Numbered from the stretch's first letter, positions 37,969 through 50,729 are shown. The stretch is 64,000 nt of DNA from Carcharhinus longimanus (GCA_030264375.1 JASCQW010000061.1:118896150-118960149), one strand, 5' to 3'. Numbers and translations are program-made. The notes: generated by a model from the letters alone, not told the origin.

Positions 37969-39667
37969 TATTTTACCCATGCAGCTTCATACAGGCGAAA
38001 CATAACTGTACATTTTACCGAACAGCCTTGCTTGCAAGAAATATTTTTAAAAAAACAAAGTCTATAAAAATCAAATCATGTATCAAGAAAACATTTGGCA
38101 ACTGACCAATTCTAAAAAACACTTACGTTTTACCCAGCCAAATTCAAAAGACATATATCAATGTATGTCAAGTGCAGGTAATCTTCATTTGTGTAGGCAA
38201 GTTGCTGCATGCTATTAATACTGTTGAAAATATAATTGAGATAAAATTTGCAGCCATTTTGAAGTTAGTGTTTTCATGAACACAGTGACTCCCCTGCATT
38301 TTTATTTCAATTAAATGGTGCTTCAACAATGAAAAGTGATTAATAAGTATTATCATAGTCATGTCAACTCAGATGAATTACAATGCTGACTGAAATCATA
38401 ATGATAGTAGCTGTTATCAGATTTGTGGGACAGTAATTTTTTATTTTGCGGGATGTGAATGATACTGGCAAGGCCTGCATTTGTTGCCCATCTCTATTGG
38501 ACCTTGAATCCTCTGGTTATTTGGAATGGGAATAAGTCACATGGCACATTTCCAATTAGGAAAAGTAACAGAAGATTATTTTGAGGTTAAAGTAGTAGTC
38601 AAGTTTGGTCAATTTTGAGTCACTGGCCTCGTTTAATTTTGACATCTGGGATGTGGCTGGCCATTTTATTGTGTGGTATTGAGCATTTTAGACTTTCTGT
38701 CAATATTTTAAGGAAATGGGATAAAATTGATTTTTCTTTTGATGGTTGCAAGCCTAAATAATGGCTATCATTATACCAAATTTGTTAGATATTTGTGGAC
38801 ATTTAGGGGCTTTTCAAATTTATTATTATAATTCTGCACAGGTGAAAGTATATGGAGCTAGATTATGTTATTGCATGCTGCCTATTTCCCACTATCTGCA
38901 ATAGTTGCTGATTGTTTAGGTTGGTAATCTATGACTATAGCTAAAACATTTTTCACATATTTTGCCTTGCAACGGTTTTTACATGCAGTGTGAACCACAA
39001 AATCCCTGATTAGAAGTAAATTTTCTGTGGCGATGATTAAATTATTTGTGCTTCACCTCAGATTTTAGCACGGGTTGAAAACGTTTAACTTCGATCAACA
39101 ATTTCAATCATTTTCATGACCAATTTAACTATGCTTCGTACAACATTAGTGTTTTCTATCTAGTCTTAGGGATTTGACAGTTAAAACTTTAAGCCTTTGA
39201 GGACCTTTTATGGTGAAGGGTAACATCATACAACGGAAACCACTGTTATAGTATAGAACAAGCTTAAATAAATCCGTAAAAGTATTTAAGTGGGAAATGT
39301 AAAATTCTGAATGGTTGCTAGTGGATTCAGTTTGTTGGAATCTTTTTTCCTGATCCTCCACATCAAAGTAATTCAGCCAGCATTGCACGTATCTACAAAA
39401 GAGTCAATAACCCACGGGCTAAACTGGGAGATAATTATGAAATGCTGGCATTAAAACCAGCATTTTTAATATCAGATGTATGCAGTTGTACTTCTATGAT
39501 GTATTAAAAGTTGGTGGTTGACAACTGTGTTTAATTTTTTTATTCTAGTGGTGAAGTTTATTGAGCAATGAATCCTCTACATCATAAAATATATCAGCAG
39601 ATTACATTGCTTGAATTGTTTTTTTTAAAAATGGAAAATGATGATTTTTTTCTGGTTTGTTTTTCAG

Positions 39668-39835
39668 TTCAGTACCAAATGGAAATGATGAGAAGTTTGC
39701 GTCATGTTAATATTGACCACCTCCACGTCGGCTGGTACCAGTCAACTTGCTATGGTTCTTTTGTCAGCCGAGCTCTGTTGGACTCCCAGTTTAGTTACCA
39801 ACACGCAATTGAAGAGTCTGTGGTCCTCATCTACG
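39668..39835 (+). CDS. EIF3H: eIF3 subunit H, internal coding exon (human exon 3 equivalent, MPN domain)
   Basis: Translates (V)[55 protein letters not shown](D), near-identical to vertebrate EIF3H. Acceptor ttttcAG at 39666-67, donor GTcagt at 39836, 168 nt, phase 1/1. Confidence 0.97.
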
Positions 39836-41599
39836 GTCAGTGACGTTTTCCTATTCATTTCTTCTACTTTACTGTTTACCTGGCAGTGCTGCCTGGCAGC
39901 CCCTCTCAGTAAATACCAACCCAGTGTCTGCCTCAGCCCCAGCAGCAGCTCAGTCTAGACAGGGTTTCCTTCTTTCTGTTTATTTTTCTTGCTATCAGAG
40001 CCCTGATGTGTACATTCTGGAATGTTAAAGTTGCTGCTTCATTTTTTTTTTCATTCCTCTTCCCCCTTGTTGATGGCGGGTGGAACAGGACCAGATGTCT
40101 AACAAAAACTGATTGCTTGAGTCTGGCTCAGTACGTGACCTTACAGTTATGACACATTTTGCCAGATTTCTCCTTTGACAGGCGCTCACAAAACGTAGAC
40201 TGTTCTTAGCACAAAGATTTTCTTCTTTCTGCCCATTTAGTGGCGTTTCCTTTACTCACTAAACCAGATGTTCTGTGCAGTATCATAGCTGTAGGTAAAA
40301 CATCTTTATTGCCTTCCCCAAGCTCACTATTTGCCATAGCTGGCAGCGTGTTACAAAGTTTCCAACTGAGAAGTAAATGTTACATCCTGAATATCTGTCA
40401 GAAAAAATACTAATGAACACGATTAATCTTTGGGTAACACAAAAATTGTTTCAGTATGTTAACAATCGGATTACAGTAGAAAAGCTGTTAAAATATACTT
40501 TATTCGTTGGAATTTTTTAAAACATTTCCTCCTGAATTTTCCATTTGTATCAAATTCTCTGTTCTACATCATTACTTATACATAGGAATTTGTTTTGTTT
40601 CTCTTTCTATTCAGTTTTTTTTGAAAATTATTTTGCATGGTTCCTCCCGAGTTTAGCAAATACGATTAATAGGGAAATAAAACCTGTGCACCTTGAAAAT
40701 GGTATTGTAGAAAATGTGACTAAATCCAACTGTATTTTATCAGAAGAAAACGTGAAGAAATGCATCTGTTTAAGCACAAAGCTGAGATTACATTAAAATA
40801 AATTGATAACGGATCTGAGATAAATTGATTTCACTGTAAACATATAGATTTACAATCTTCAGGTTAGATGTATGGATTAAATCTATACATGGTGGTGCAA
40901 TGGCAGATTGCGTTATTATGCCAATGTGGTTTAACATAGAAGATACAATAATTTTCCACACCATGCATTTTATGAGAAAGGTAGGGAAACTGAAGCTGCT
41001 ACAAATAGATTTTCTGTATCTCCCTGTGGACTTTCTGTCCAGCCCTTCCTATTCAGAGAATAGTCTTCACGCTGATGGGATAAAAGCCAAATTTGTCACT
41101 TATAAGACAATTGTGAATTATATACTCTTGTGAATATTTGATATTGCTGGATACTTTTATTTCATTTTCTGGATACTGTATCATCTTTAAGCATTCCCAG
41201 GTCTGTCTGGTTTAGTATGATTTAACTATATTGTCAAGTTCTCTTTACTCTGCCTCAATATGCCTCAGACTGTCCTCTGAAGAACACATTTCCCATTTCC
41301 CCCCAAATATAGATGTTTGAGAATCAGATTCTCTTTACCGATTTGTAGCTTTTACTCCCCAAGGCAGATTTTGTTTCAGATGCATTTCAATTCATGGTTC
41401 AAGAGGATTTCTGGAGTTTGATAGATCTGACCAGGAATATAAAATAGAACAGTGGATATTTAGTTTCCTATCAAAGCAACTCGCCCCATCAGTGCAAGAG
41501 CTCTCATTATGCAGNNNNNNNNNNAAAGTTCCCCCCCCCCCCCCCCCCCACCAAGTATAGAGGTGTCACTTTATCAATCATAGATTCCATTAATGTAGG

Positions 41600-43290
41600 C
41601 TTTCATTTATTCATGGGCTGTGAGTGTTGCTGGCAAGAGTTATTACCCATGAGAAGTTGATGGTGAACCACCTTCGTGAACCACTGCAGCCCACCTGATG
41701 AATCTCCTTCTATAATGGTGTTAAGGAGGGAGTTCCAGAATTTCAGACCAGCGACAGCGAAAAGGCAGTGGTATATTTTCAAATGAGGGTGGTATGTCCA
41801 AAGATGTGAGGGTCAGGTTGGTTAGCCTTGATAAATTGCCAAATAACTTGTTGTCCAAAGGTGTGCTGGTTAGGTTGATTGACCATGATAAATTGCCCCT
41901 TAATGTCAGGGAGATTAGGAGGGTAAATATGTGGGGTTACGGGGATAGGATTGCTGTCAGTGCAGGCTTGATTGGCCAAATTACCACCTCCTGCACTGTA
42001 GATTCTGTGTGACTTGGAGAGGAACTTGGAGTTGGTTGTGTTCCCATGCACCTGTTGCCCTTGTTTTAGATCATAACAATCGTACATTTGAGCAATGCTG
42101 TTGAATGAAGATATCTTGCTGAGTTACTGCAGTGCATGTTATAAGATTGGGCAGCACTGTGGCATAGTGGTTAGAGCTGCTGCCTCACAGTGTGTCAGTG
42201 TGAGTTTGCTCCAGGTGTTGTGGTTTCTTCGCACATCTGGACATCTGTCCAAAGATGAGCAGGTTAGATGGATTTACCATGCTAAATTGCTCCTTAATGT
42301 GTTGGTGGTGGAGGGAATGACTGTTTAAAGTGGTGAATTGGATGCCAGTCAAATGGGCTGTTTTGTCCTGGATGGTATTGGGTTTCTTGATTCGGCACCG
42401 ATCACACCATGGTATCCTAGCCAATATTTATCCATTATTCAACAGATTACCTGAAGGTTATCATGTTATTGTTTATGGCATCTTACTGTGCGCAAATTGC
42501 CCATCAGATTGCCTGGATTATAACGGTGACTGCGCTTCAAAAGTATTTCATTAGCCAATAAGCACTTGGGATGACCTGAGGTTATAAAAAGCATTATATG
42601 AATGAGCGTTGTCCTTTTTCCAGACTTGTGCCTTGTAGGTGGATGGAAAGTATTGGAAGTCAGGAGGTGAGTCAGTTGCCGGTATCGAGCTTCTTAGAAC
42701 CACAAAACTTATGTGACTGGTCTGGTTAAATTTCTGATTAATGGTGAACCACGCCAGGATGTTGATGGCAGGGATTTCATGCTAAAAATGCTGTTGAATG
42801 TCAAGAGAAGTTGGTTAGATTTTCTATTGTTGGAGATGGTTGTTGCCTGGCACTTGGTATATCATCTATGTTACTTCCATTTATCAGCCAAGTCTGAATG
42901 TTGTCCAGATCTTGCTGCATGTGGGCATAAACTGCTTCATGATCTGATGAGATGTGAATGGTACTGCACAATGATTAGCAAACATCTTAACCTCCACCCT
43001 GGGACGGGGGGGTGGGTGTGTGTGTGTGTGCCCGGAGAGGATTGATAAAGCAGCTGAAGGTGGTTGGGCCAAGGACACTGATATCTATAACACCTGCAGG
43101 GATGTCTCGTGGCTGAAACAATTGGCCTGCAACAGCAACAACCATCTGTCATTGTGCCAGATGTGACTCCAGCCACTGGAAAGTTTTCTCTCTGATTCTG
43201 ATCAGCTTCAATTTTGTTAGGTGCCACACTCAGTAAAATCCTGCCTTGATGACAAGGAAAGTCACTCTCACCTCACCGCCTGTTCAGCTC
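41600..43290 (-). mobile_element. CR1-like LINE 3' portion with nested HE1 fragments (41790-42010 +, 42150-42300 +)
   Basis: Collinear with 15745-16615. Interrupted by HE1 pieces (duplicated tgtccaaagatgtg..ggttg..gataaattgcc; head gtggcatagtggttagagctgctgcctcacag). Confidence 0.72.
42410..42610 (+). mobile_element. Deu-domain SINE 3' half
   Basis: tcctagccaatatttatcc...tcttactgtgcgcaaattg...cttcaaaagtatttcattagcc...gcacttgggatgacctgagg, the Deu/L2-tail pattern. Confidence 0.7.
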
Positions 43291-43774
43291 TTCAGTCTTG
43301 GGATATTGGGTGAAAGGTCTGATTCTGAGACTGTATTGCTCAACTAGCCTGTGGCCAGCTCTTCCTTTGTTGGCATATACCCTCAGATGTTAATAAGGAG
43401 ACCTTTCAGGGCTGACTGAGCCTTTGTCATCACCCAAACTAAAGCCTGGGTGGATGCAGGGTGGTTTTATTCCTATACTTGTCATAGTGGTTTAATACAA
43501 CAAAGTGACTCATAAGTCCATAACAGAGGGCAGTCAATTACATTGCAGTGGGTTTGGAATCACATATAAGCCAGTAAGCGCAGTAGATTTTTCCTAAAGA
43601 AATTTAGTACATACAGTTTTTTTTCTTTCATGAGATATGTGCATCTCTGGCACGGTCAGCATCTTTTGCTCAGCCCTAATTACCTTGAGAGTGTTGGTGA
43701 ATTGCCTCCTTCAATCACTGCAGCCGATCTGTTGTAGATATACCTCTTTGAGGAAATAAGTTATCTTGATTCAA

Positions 43775-43930
43775 AGAATCCCTTCAGTACAGAAGGAGGC
43801 CATTCAGTCCATTGAGCCTGTGCAGGCCACAATCCTACCCAGGCCCAATTCCTGTAACCCCACACATTTACCCTGCTAATCCCCCACACACTAGGTCAAT
43901 TTAGCATGGCCAGTCAACCTAACCAGGTGT
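43775..43930 (-). mobile_element. HE1 SINE 3' part
   Basis: agaatcccttcagtacagaaggaggccattcagtccattgag...caatttagcatggccagtcaacctaacc is antisense HE1. Confidence 0.8.
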
Positions 43931-44489
43931 TTCAGCCTGTGACCTTTCACCAGAAAGGGATGAAACCTTTTTCACCTCNNNNNNNNNNNNNNNNNNNNNN
44001 NNNNNNNNNNNNNNNNNNNNNNNNNNNNNNNNNNNNNNNNNNNNNNNNNNNNNNNNNNNNNNNNNNNNNNNNNNNNNNNNNNNNNNNNNNNNNNNNNNNN
44101 NNNNNNNNNNNNNNNNNNNNNNNNNNNNNNNNNNNNNNNNNNNNNNNNNNNNNNNNNNNNNNNNNNNNNNNNNNNNNNNNNNNNNNNNNNNNNNNNNNNN
44201 NNNNNNNNNNNNNNNNNNNNNNNNNNNNNNNNNNNNNNNNNNNNNNNNNNNNNNNNNNNNNNNNNNNNNNNNNNNNNNNNNNNNNNNNNNNNNNNNNNNN
44301 NNNNNNNNNNNNNNNNNNNNNNNNNNNNNNNNNNNNNNNNNNNNNNNNNNNNNNNNNNNNNNNNNNNNNNNNNNNNNNNNNNNNNNNNNNNNNNNNNNNN
44401 NNNNNNNNNNNNNNNNNNNNNNNNNNNNNNNNNNNNNNNNNNNNNNNNNNNNNNNNNNNNNNNNNNNNNNNNNNNNNNNNNNNNNNNNN

Positions 44490-45640
44490 ATTGAAGTTGT
44501 GTCGGTCCACGCAAGTGAAAAGTAATGCATCACAGTCTTCCGTTGTGCCTTGTCAATGGTGTGCAGGCTTTGGGTAGTTAGGAGATAAGTTACTAGTTGC
44601 GTAATTCCTGCTGTTGTAGTCACAATATGGACATGATTGACTGAGCTATGTTTCTGATCAATAGTAACACCAAGGATGTTGATAATGAAGTATTCAGTGG
44701 TGGTAATGCTGCTGAACATCAGGGGGAGATGGTTAGATTTTGTCTTGTTGAAGATACCATTATTTGACATCCGTCTTATTTGCCACTTAACCCAAGCCTG
44801 AAAGTCGTCCAGATCTTGCTGCAAAAGAATGTGAACTACTCAGTATCTTGGGGAGTTGCAAATTGTAATGAACACTGAAGTCATCAGCACACACTCCCCC
44901 ATTCCTCCTGGGATGTCCTGGGGCTGAAATGATTGGCCTGCAACAACTAGAGCCATTAACCAGTGGCGTTTTCCCATAATTCCTAACAACTTCAATTTTG
45001 CTTGGGCTCCTTGAGGCCACACTCTGTCTACTGTTGCTTTGATGAATACTTATTATGGATATCTTTCAGTACTTCATTTCTAATCAAAAAGCTAATTCAA
45101 ATCAAGTCAAATCATAGTCCCCACATGAGGGACAAACAACATCCAAGCTGATGAGACATAGCATCCCAACTTGGGCTCGATCAAACAAGATCCATGCTGA
45201 TGGGGTGAGGCATTGCACCCTCTCCCGGGCTTGATCGAATGCTTCATCTTAGCCAAAAGGCCGAGATGGCTTTGGAAAAATTGCATCAGGTAAAGTCTCG
45301 GTTTAACCTCATTGGCTGCCTTGATCCTTTGCTCTACCCTAGCTTAGGCAAACGATGATCTCAGGCGTGATACCTTTCTTTGCTTTGTTGATGATTGAGA
45401 GTAAACTAATGAGATGGTAATTGGCCACATTGGATTTGTCCTGCTTTTGTGGATAGGAGCTGCCTGGCCAGTTGCCCACACTGTTAGCTAGATGCCAGTG
45501 TTTTAGCTGTACTGGAACAGCTTGGCTAAGGGTGTGGCTAATTTGGGAGTAGATCTCTTCAGTCTCACCCATTGGATTGCTCTCAAGGCCCATATCCGTT
45601 TCTGTATTCAATTCGTTCAGCTGATTCTTGATATCGACAG
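44490..45640 (-). mobile_element. CR1-like LINE RT fragments flanking the U2-derived element
   Basis: ORFs give QQDLDDFQAW..INILGVTIDQK and QDKSNVANYHLISLLSIINK. Confidence 0.72.
45084..45266 (-). other. U2 snRNA-derived element (candidate U2-headed SINE, variant U2 or pseudogene)
   Basis: Minus strand 45266-45246 = TCTCGGCCTTTTGGCTAAGAT, identical to U2 nt 7-27. Followed by two diverged copies of the U2 ~25-65 segment, a gtccc-7nt-gggac hairpin (IIb-like) and GCTTTTTG (Sm-like). Confidence 0.8.
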
Positions 45641-46254
45641 TTTGTGTTCATTACATGATCACTGTTATTGATAAAAACATACAGATTTATTACTGAATTC
45701 AGATTCACCAACCACTGTGGTAGGATCTGAATTCATGTCTCAAGATCATTGTTTAGTACAGTAACATAACTAGTATGCAACTGTTCCTGGGAACAGGGCC
45801 ACAGAAAAATGTTGGATAACTGCATATCCTTCTTTGTGTGTGATATCAAAATATAATATTAATCACTCTAAACAGTGCACACTGTAGAAATTAGATGCAG
45901 CTCCAAATGTCTATAAATAAAAGTTAGAGATGAAAAAGATTTCATCCATTTCTCGTGAGAGGCCACAGGCTGAAATGCCAACTTTGCATAATCTGCTGAG
46001 TATTTCCAGCATTTTTGTTTATAAATTGTCCTCTACCTTAAAACACTGGGGCAACCTATGTCTGTTTTTTCACGTGTCTTTGTCAAGTATCCTGTAACTA
46101 GAGAAGTATAATCATCGTGAGAATCCAATATGACCAACACAACCATAACTTTTTCTCCGATAGAATTATATAATTTGAATCGTTATTTTTCTGCTGATAC
46201 ATGTGTGATTTAAAGAATAAACATGCTCTTTTTTTCTGTTCTTAATTTTTCTAG

Positions 46255-46354
46255 ATCCGATTAAAACTGCACAAGGTTCTCTGTCACTGAAGGCATACAG
46301 ACTGACTCCAAAATTAATGGAAGTTTGTAAGGAGAAAGATTTCACTCCTGAAGG
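46255..46354 (+). CDS. EIF3H: eIF3 subunit H, internal coding exon (exon 4 equivalent)
   Basis: Not in the ORF track. Reads (D)[32 protein letters not shown](G). Pyrimidine tract plus ctAG acceptor, GTaagt donor at 46355, 100 nt, in frame with the previous exon. Confidence 0.97.
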
Positions 46355-47939
46355 GTAAGTTTGTCCACAGGGAAAAGTTAAAGAAAAGCCTATTACCCAA
46401 AACTTAACACTGGTTTGAAATCCATTTAACATTCTGGAAACACCCTTTCAGGCACTATTTCGGTTGATTTAGAAATTGCAGTCAAATTGCTCAGTGCAGT
46501 AATGCAATTTGTTTGTATTGACTATTCTAAAATTGGTTTTATGAACCATGAAAGCAGAGCCTGCGACCTCTCTGGATTCACATGCTGCAGTTTTATTATC
46601 TGCATTCTTCATTTACAGTTTGTGTTGCTTTTACACTTTTTTTCTGAAAACCTACGCATCCTTACAAAATATCAGATTTAAACATAAACTCAAATACTAG
46701 TTCTCTATTTTCCACACGTTGGCCAAATTTAAAATGCTGCGATAACTTCTTTCTGTACCTATCAATATTTTGCAAATAATTGAACAATTTATGTCAACTG
46801 CTGCTGTCACCCCTCCTCAAACACTCCAGTAAACCAGATTAAATCATTCATAGATAAATCATTCTTATCTAATCTGCAAATTGTTGAAAGACATATGCAT
46901 TCTGTCTAGGCTTTGAGGCATGAAGAAAGGCATTGCTAGCACAAAACCTTTTCTTACCTTGTCAGCAGCATATATAATGCTGCCACTGTGCTATCAACAT
47001 TGCAGTTAAACTAAAGAAATATTGTAAATAATTAATAAAAAGAAAATCAAGTAAAGATCCTTCGTTCTATCACACCAGGTCTAATGCATCTAACTTGCCA
47101 GGCTGAAGAAACTGCATTTGTGCAGTGCAATGCTTTTAATGATAAGCAGCTTCTCTCACAGTTAATAGTTCTGTTACTGTGTCACCTATTGGTGGAGCTG
47201 ATTGAAAGGAAAGGCTGTATCCCCTGGATTTGTATTGTGCCATATTGAGGTATATTACAATATACATTTTAATTACATTTTACTCCACAAACCACATTTC
47301 TAAATAAATTTAGTTGTAAACAATTGCTGGTATTAATTTATCTTCTACAAAATTATTCCTATTGTAGCATTTTATATTTCAATGAAAAGCAATTTATTTT
47401 AATATATTAGCTTCAATCAACCAGTATTGCGTTGGCACACTCATAAATCTCTTAATCTTAGCATAACAGAAGAATTCACACAAAACTTTTATGGTTAATC
47501 CTAATCAAATTGAAGAATGTTTACACAACTGTATCACAACGGAATGCCTCACAGATGCAGGAAAACTGCTTAATCCATCCAGTCTTTTTGACTGAATAGT
47601 TCATTCCTGAAACTTCCTAATTTTCTTTTTTATTAAGTATTTGTTTGTCAGTGATATCAACAAACGTGTATATGGAGTTGGTGCAAGACTTTCTCCATGT
47701 TTAACTAAATGCAAGCTGTAAAGCCTCAGGAAGAAATGCTACTGAAATCAGATTCACCAGTACACGGGTTAAATGCTGTGCCATATCTAGTTCTGAACAA
47801 TGCAGCAGGCCTGCAAGTATCTGAAGTTCGGACTCCAGTTGGGAAATAGTGACCATAACCTCATCATGTCTATTCATTCAATGGATGAAGAAAAAGAGGA
47901 TTCAAAGATGCATTGACTAATGTCAGTGGAATGAAAAGG

Positions 47940-49030
47940 CATGTTGACCCGCGTTGGTCAGAAAGAGTGGCAAATCAAACAGCAGACCAACAGTGATCTG
48001 TTAGAAATGAAATGAATCAAGTTAAACACTAAAATTAAGATTATAGAAGATGCACCGGAGACTGAAATTCAAAGAATAAATCAAAAGGTTAGGATAACAG
48101 TGAGATTTCAAAAAAGGTATGAAAGCAAAGAGTATGTAATACAGGAAAATTGAGCAATATAAGAAGTATGGGTGGGAAGCAGAAAGGTTGGTTAGGAAAA
48201 CTAAGCGGAAGTGTGAAAATATTGAGTCACTGAAGGGAAGTAACATGAGTGTTTTATACGTGTACAAATAAAAGGATCATCAAAGAAAGGTTATAGTCAC
48301 AGAGTTGAAGTTTATGGGGTTAAGTGTACAAAATACTAATGGTGCAATGTGGCCACGGCTCTCAGAATAGTGAAGGAAATTGAAGACAAGACAATTGTTA
48401 TAGTTTTCTTAAAATTCTTGGAAACAAGAACTGTGCTGAGGAACAAGAGAACTGGAATAGATGCTTTGATAGTTAAAATAACTGGCTAATTAGGAGTGCT
48501 CTATGAGTTTTCTAGACAAATTCAGTTAAATTTTTCAAAGTAATCACACATGTAGTGGAAAAAGAACCCAATTTATATATAGTTTTTTAATTCCAAAAAG
48601 CATTTAATAAGATGACTTAAGAAGATTAAGGGACATAATGTTAAAGAGAATGTAATGGCTTGACTAAGAAAGGTATTGAAATATGCAAAAATGAGAAGTT
48701 TTTAAAATTTATACATATATTGGTTAGGGCACACTTGGAGTATTGTATGAAGTTATAGCAAAAGATGCATCAAAAATTTGCTGGAATTATAGCACAAATG
48801 AGAGGCCATAATTATGGTCAAAGACTTATTAAATTGGATCTCTTCATATGAACAGAGAAAACCAAAGAGGGAGCAAAAAATGTTTTAAAATTGAGAGGTT
48901 TTGTTAGGATGTGCAGTAAGATAATTCTTACTAGTTGGGGAATCGATAATAAGAACATAAACTTGGGTTACACTGGAACAACAAAGCGCAAATTAAAAGA
49001 AATTTCTGTCAGAGCTGTTGATAGAATTTG
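47940..49030 (+). mobile_element. Highly decayed CR1 LINE
   Basis: Residual CR1 ORF2 motifs (ttccaaaaagcatttaataag, tggttagggcacacttggagtattgt) in AT-rich sequence. Confidence 0.5.
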
Positions 49031-49949
49031 TGGCAAGATTTAAAGTCTTGCGTCTATATTTTTTAAACAAAACTCATTTTGTCTCCGAGGCCACTTTGGA
49101 TTATGTGGTGCAATATTTGTCTTTGTCAGAGGAGGGAGCTCAGATGTTTGCTTAGCTCACCGGGCCCCCTCGTGTCTGAACCTTGGTAGTGTTATAGTTT
49201 GATATTGAGAAAATCTGTATACACCACTAAACCAAAATACACACACTTCACACTTGCAACCGAGTGAAATGTAATAACACATTTCATTTGATGAGCGACC
49301 CAGACTTGTAGAATCATCTAGTGTGGTTTTTGATATTCTAAATAGCTTGTGGCCCATCAAAACTAGATAATGAATGCAAATATGAAACAAAATATGGCTT
49401 CTTTCTACATGGTTGAAAATCCATCTTGATTTTGTTGTGTAAAAGTGAGTGTTGAAAGCTTTTCTTGACGCATACATGCTTCAAGGTGTGAGGGGTCGGT
49501 AGTGGGAAATTGAACTATTTGTCATTTCCCAGCACAGTGAAAGTTGGCTGCAAAGTAGATGTAATTTTCCCTCAACCATAGAGTATTGTCTGTTTCATAT
49601 TCTGTGGCTTTTCATCTCTAAGTTTTTCCTTAGCCTGTTCTTTCTTCCCATACTGTGATAATTCATGCTGGGCAGCACAAGTGCGGATGACAAACATTTG
49701 TCACTTTTAACAGTATCTCCGATTTATACAGCTACATTAACAGAGTAAAACGTTCCTNNNNNNNNNNNNNNNNNNNNNNNNNNNNNNNNNNNNNNNNNNN
49801 NNNNNNNNNNNNNNNNNNNNNNNNNNNNNNNNNNNNNNNNNNNNNNNNNNNNNNNNNCCTAGGTTCTCCCGAGGCATGTTTTTTTTTAAACAGAATCCTT
49901 ACAGTGCAGAAGGAGGCCATTTGACCCATTGAGTCTGCACTGACTTGGG

Positions 49950-50330
49950 TTGGGGGAAGCTGGGTGTAGTCAACCATGTCAAAAGTGGCAGACAAGTCAA
50001 GGATAAGGAGGAATAGTTTACCTTTGTCATAGTCATATAGGTTGTAATTTGTGACTTTGAGAGCCATTTTTGCACGGTGGCAGGGACAGAAATCTAACTG
50101 GAAGGATTCAAATTTGGATGAACACAAATTTGGAGGTGTCAACAGGTTCGGGGACTTTGGAGAAGGAAGGACAGTTGGAGATGGGGATTTTGGAGAAGGA
50201 AGGATGATGGGATGATAGTTTGCAAGGATGGAGGGATTAGCGGATAGTTTTTTTGAGAAGTGGCAATAACAGCAGGAGAGAAGAATAGTCCTGGGGGAGA
50301 GGGAGAACCTTTCCAAGTAGACGTTTTCCA
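49950..50330 (-). mobile_element. L2 LINE RT fragment
   Basis: ORF shows PSILANYHPI..FESFQLDFCPCHRAKMALKVTN..DKGKLFLLILDLSATFDMVDY, resembling L2 RT LLDLSAAFDTVDH. Confidence 0.8.
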
Positions 50331-50578
50331 TATAAGCTCAAATTCTGTCTTTGAGCTGTTTGACAGCAAGAACTAACTTTCTCCTGAATCAGTGTTCATA
50401 ATCACACTACATAATTTGCTGATTTGTGGCCAGTTTTATGCACCTACTTGGAAATGGGTTTGGGATGGTCAAATATGCTACTTAAGTATCCTTACAACTC
50501 ACAGGAAAGAGTTGAACACTTGTATGTCATCAATCTTGGGTTAAAAGGTCGGCACGCTTAACTCATTGATCTCTGCAT

Positions 50579-50681
50579 CAGTGTTCCCTCTAATTTTTCT
50601 TTGTACGCGGCATATTCATTTGCATTGTTCTGTGCATTAAAGTTGCTGGGTGGCCATATGCATACCTTAGAGGTATCATTG
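50579..50681. mobile_element. 103-bp hAT-type MITE
   Basis: TIRs cagtgttccctctaa / ttagaggtatcattg (12/15). 8-bp TSD ctctgcat (50571-78) / ctctatat (50682-89). Confidence 0.7.
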
Positions 50682-50729
50682 CTCTATATATCATTTTCAA
50701 ACTATAATTTCTAGCTCTCAGACATTCTT

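Noticed and set aside
1-39660. EIF3H exons 1-2
   Set aside because: No VVLKIIKHYQEEG...EITNCFPFP coding sequence found by eye; probably upstream, though the gaps cannot be excluded.
39568-39667. N-terminal part of ORF 39568..39843 (MNPLHHK...)
   Set aside because: Intronic read-through of the pyrimidine tract; similarity to EIF3H begins at the AG acceptor.
43906-44824. Long ORFs of 180-301 aa
   Set aside because: Artefacts of translating through N runs.
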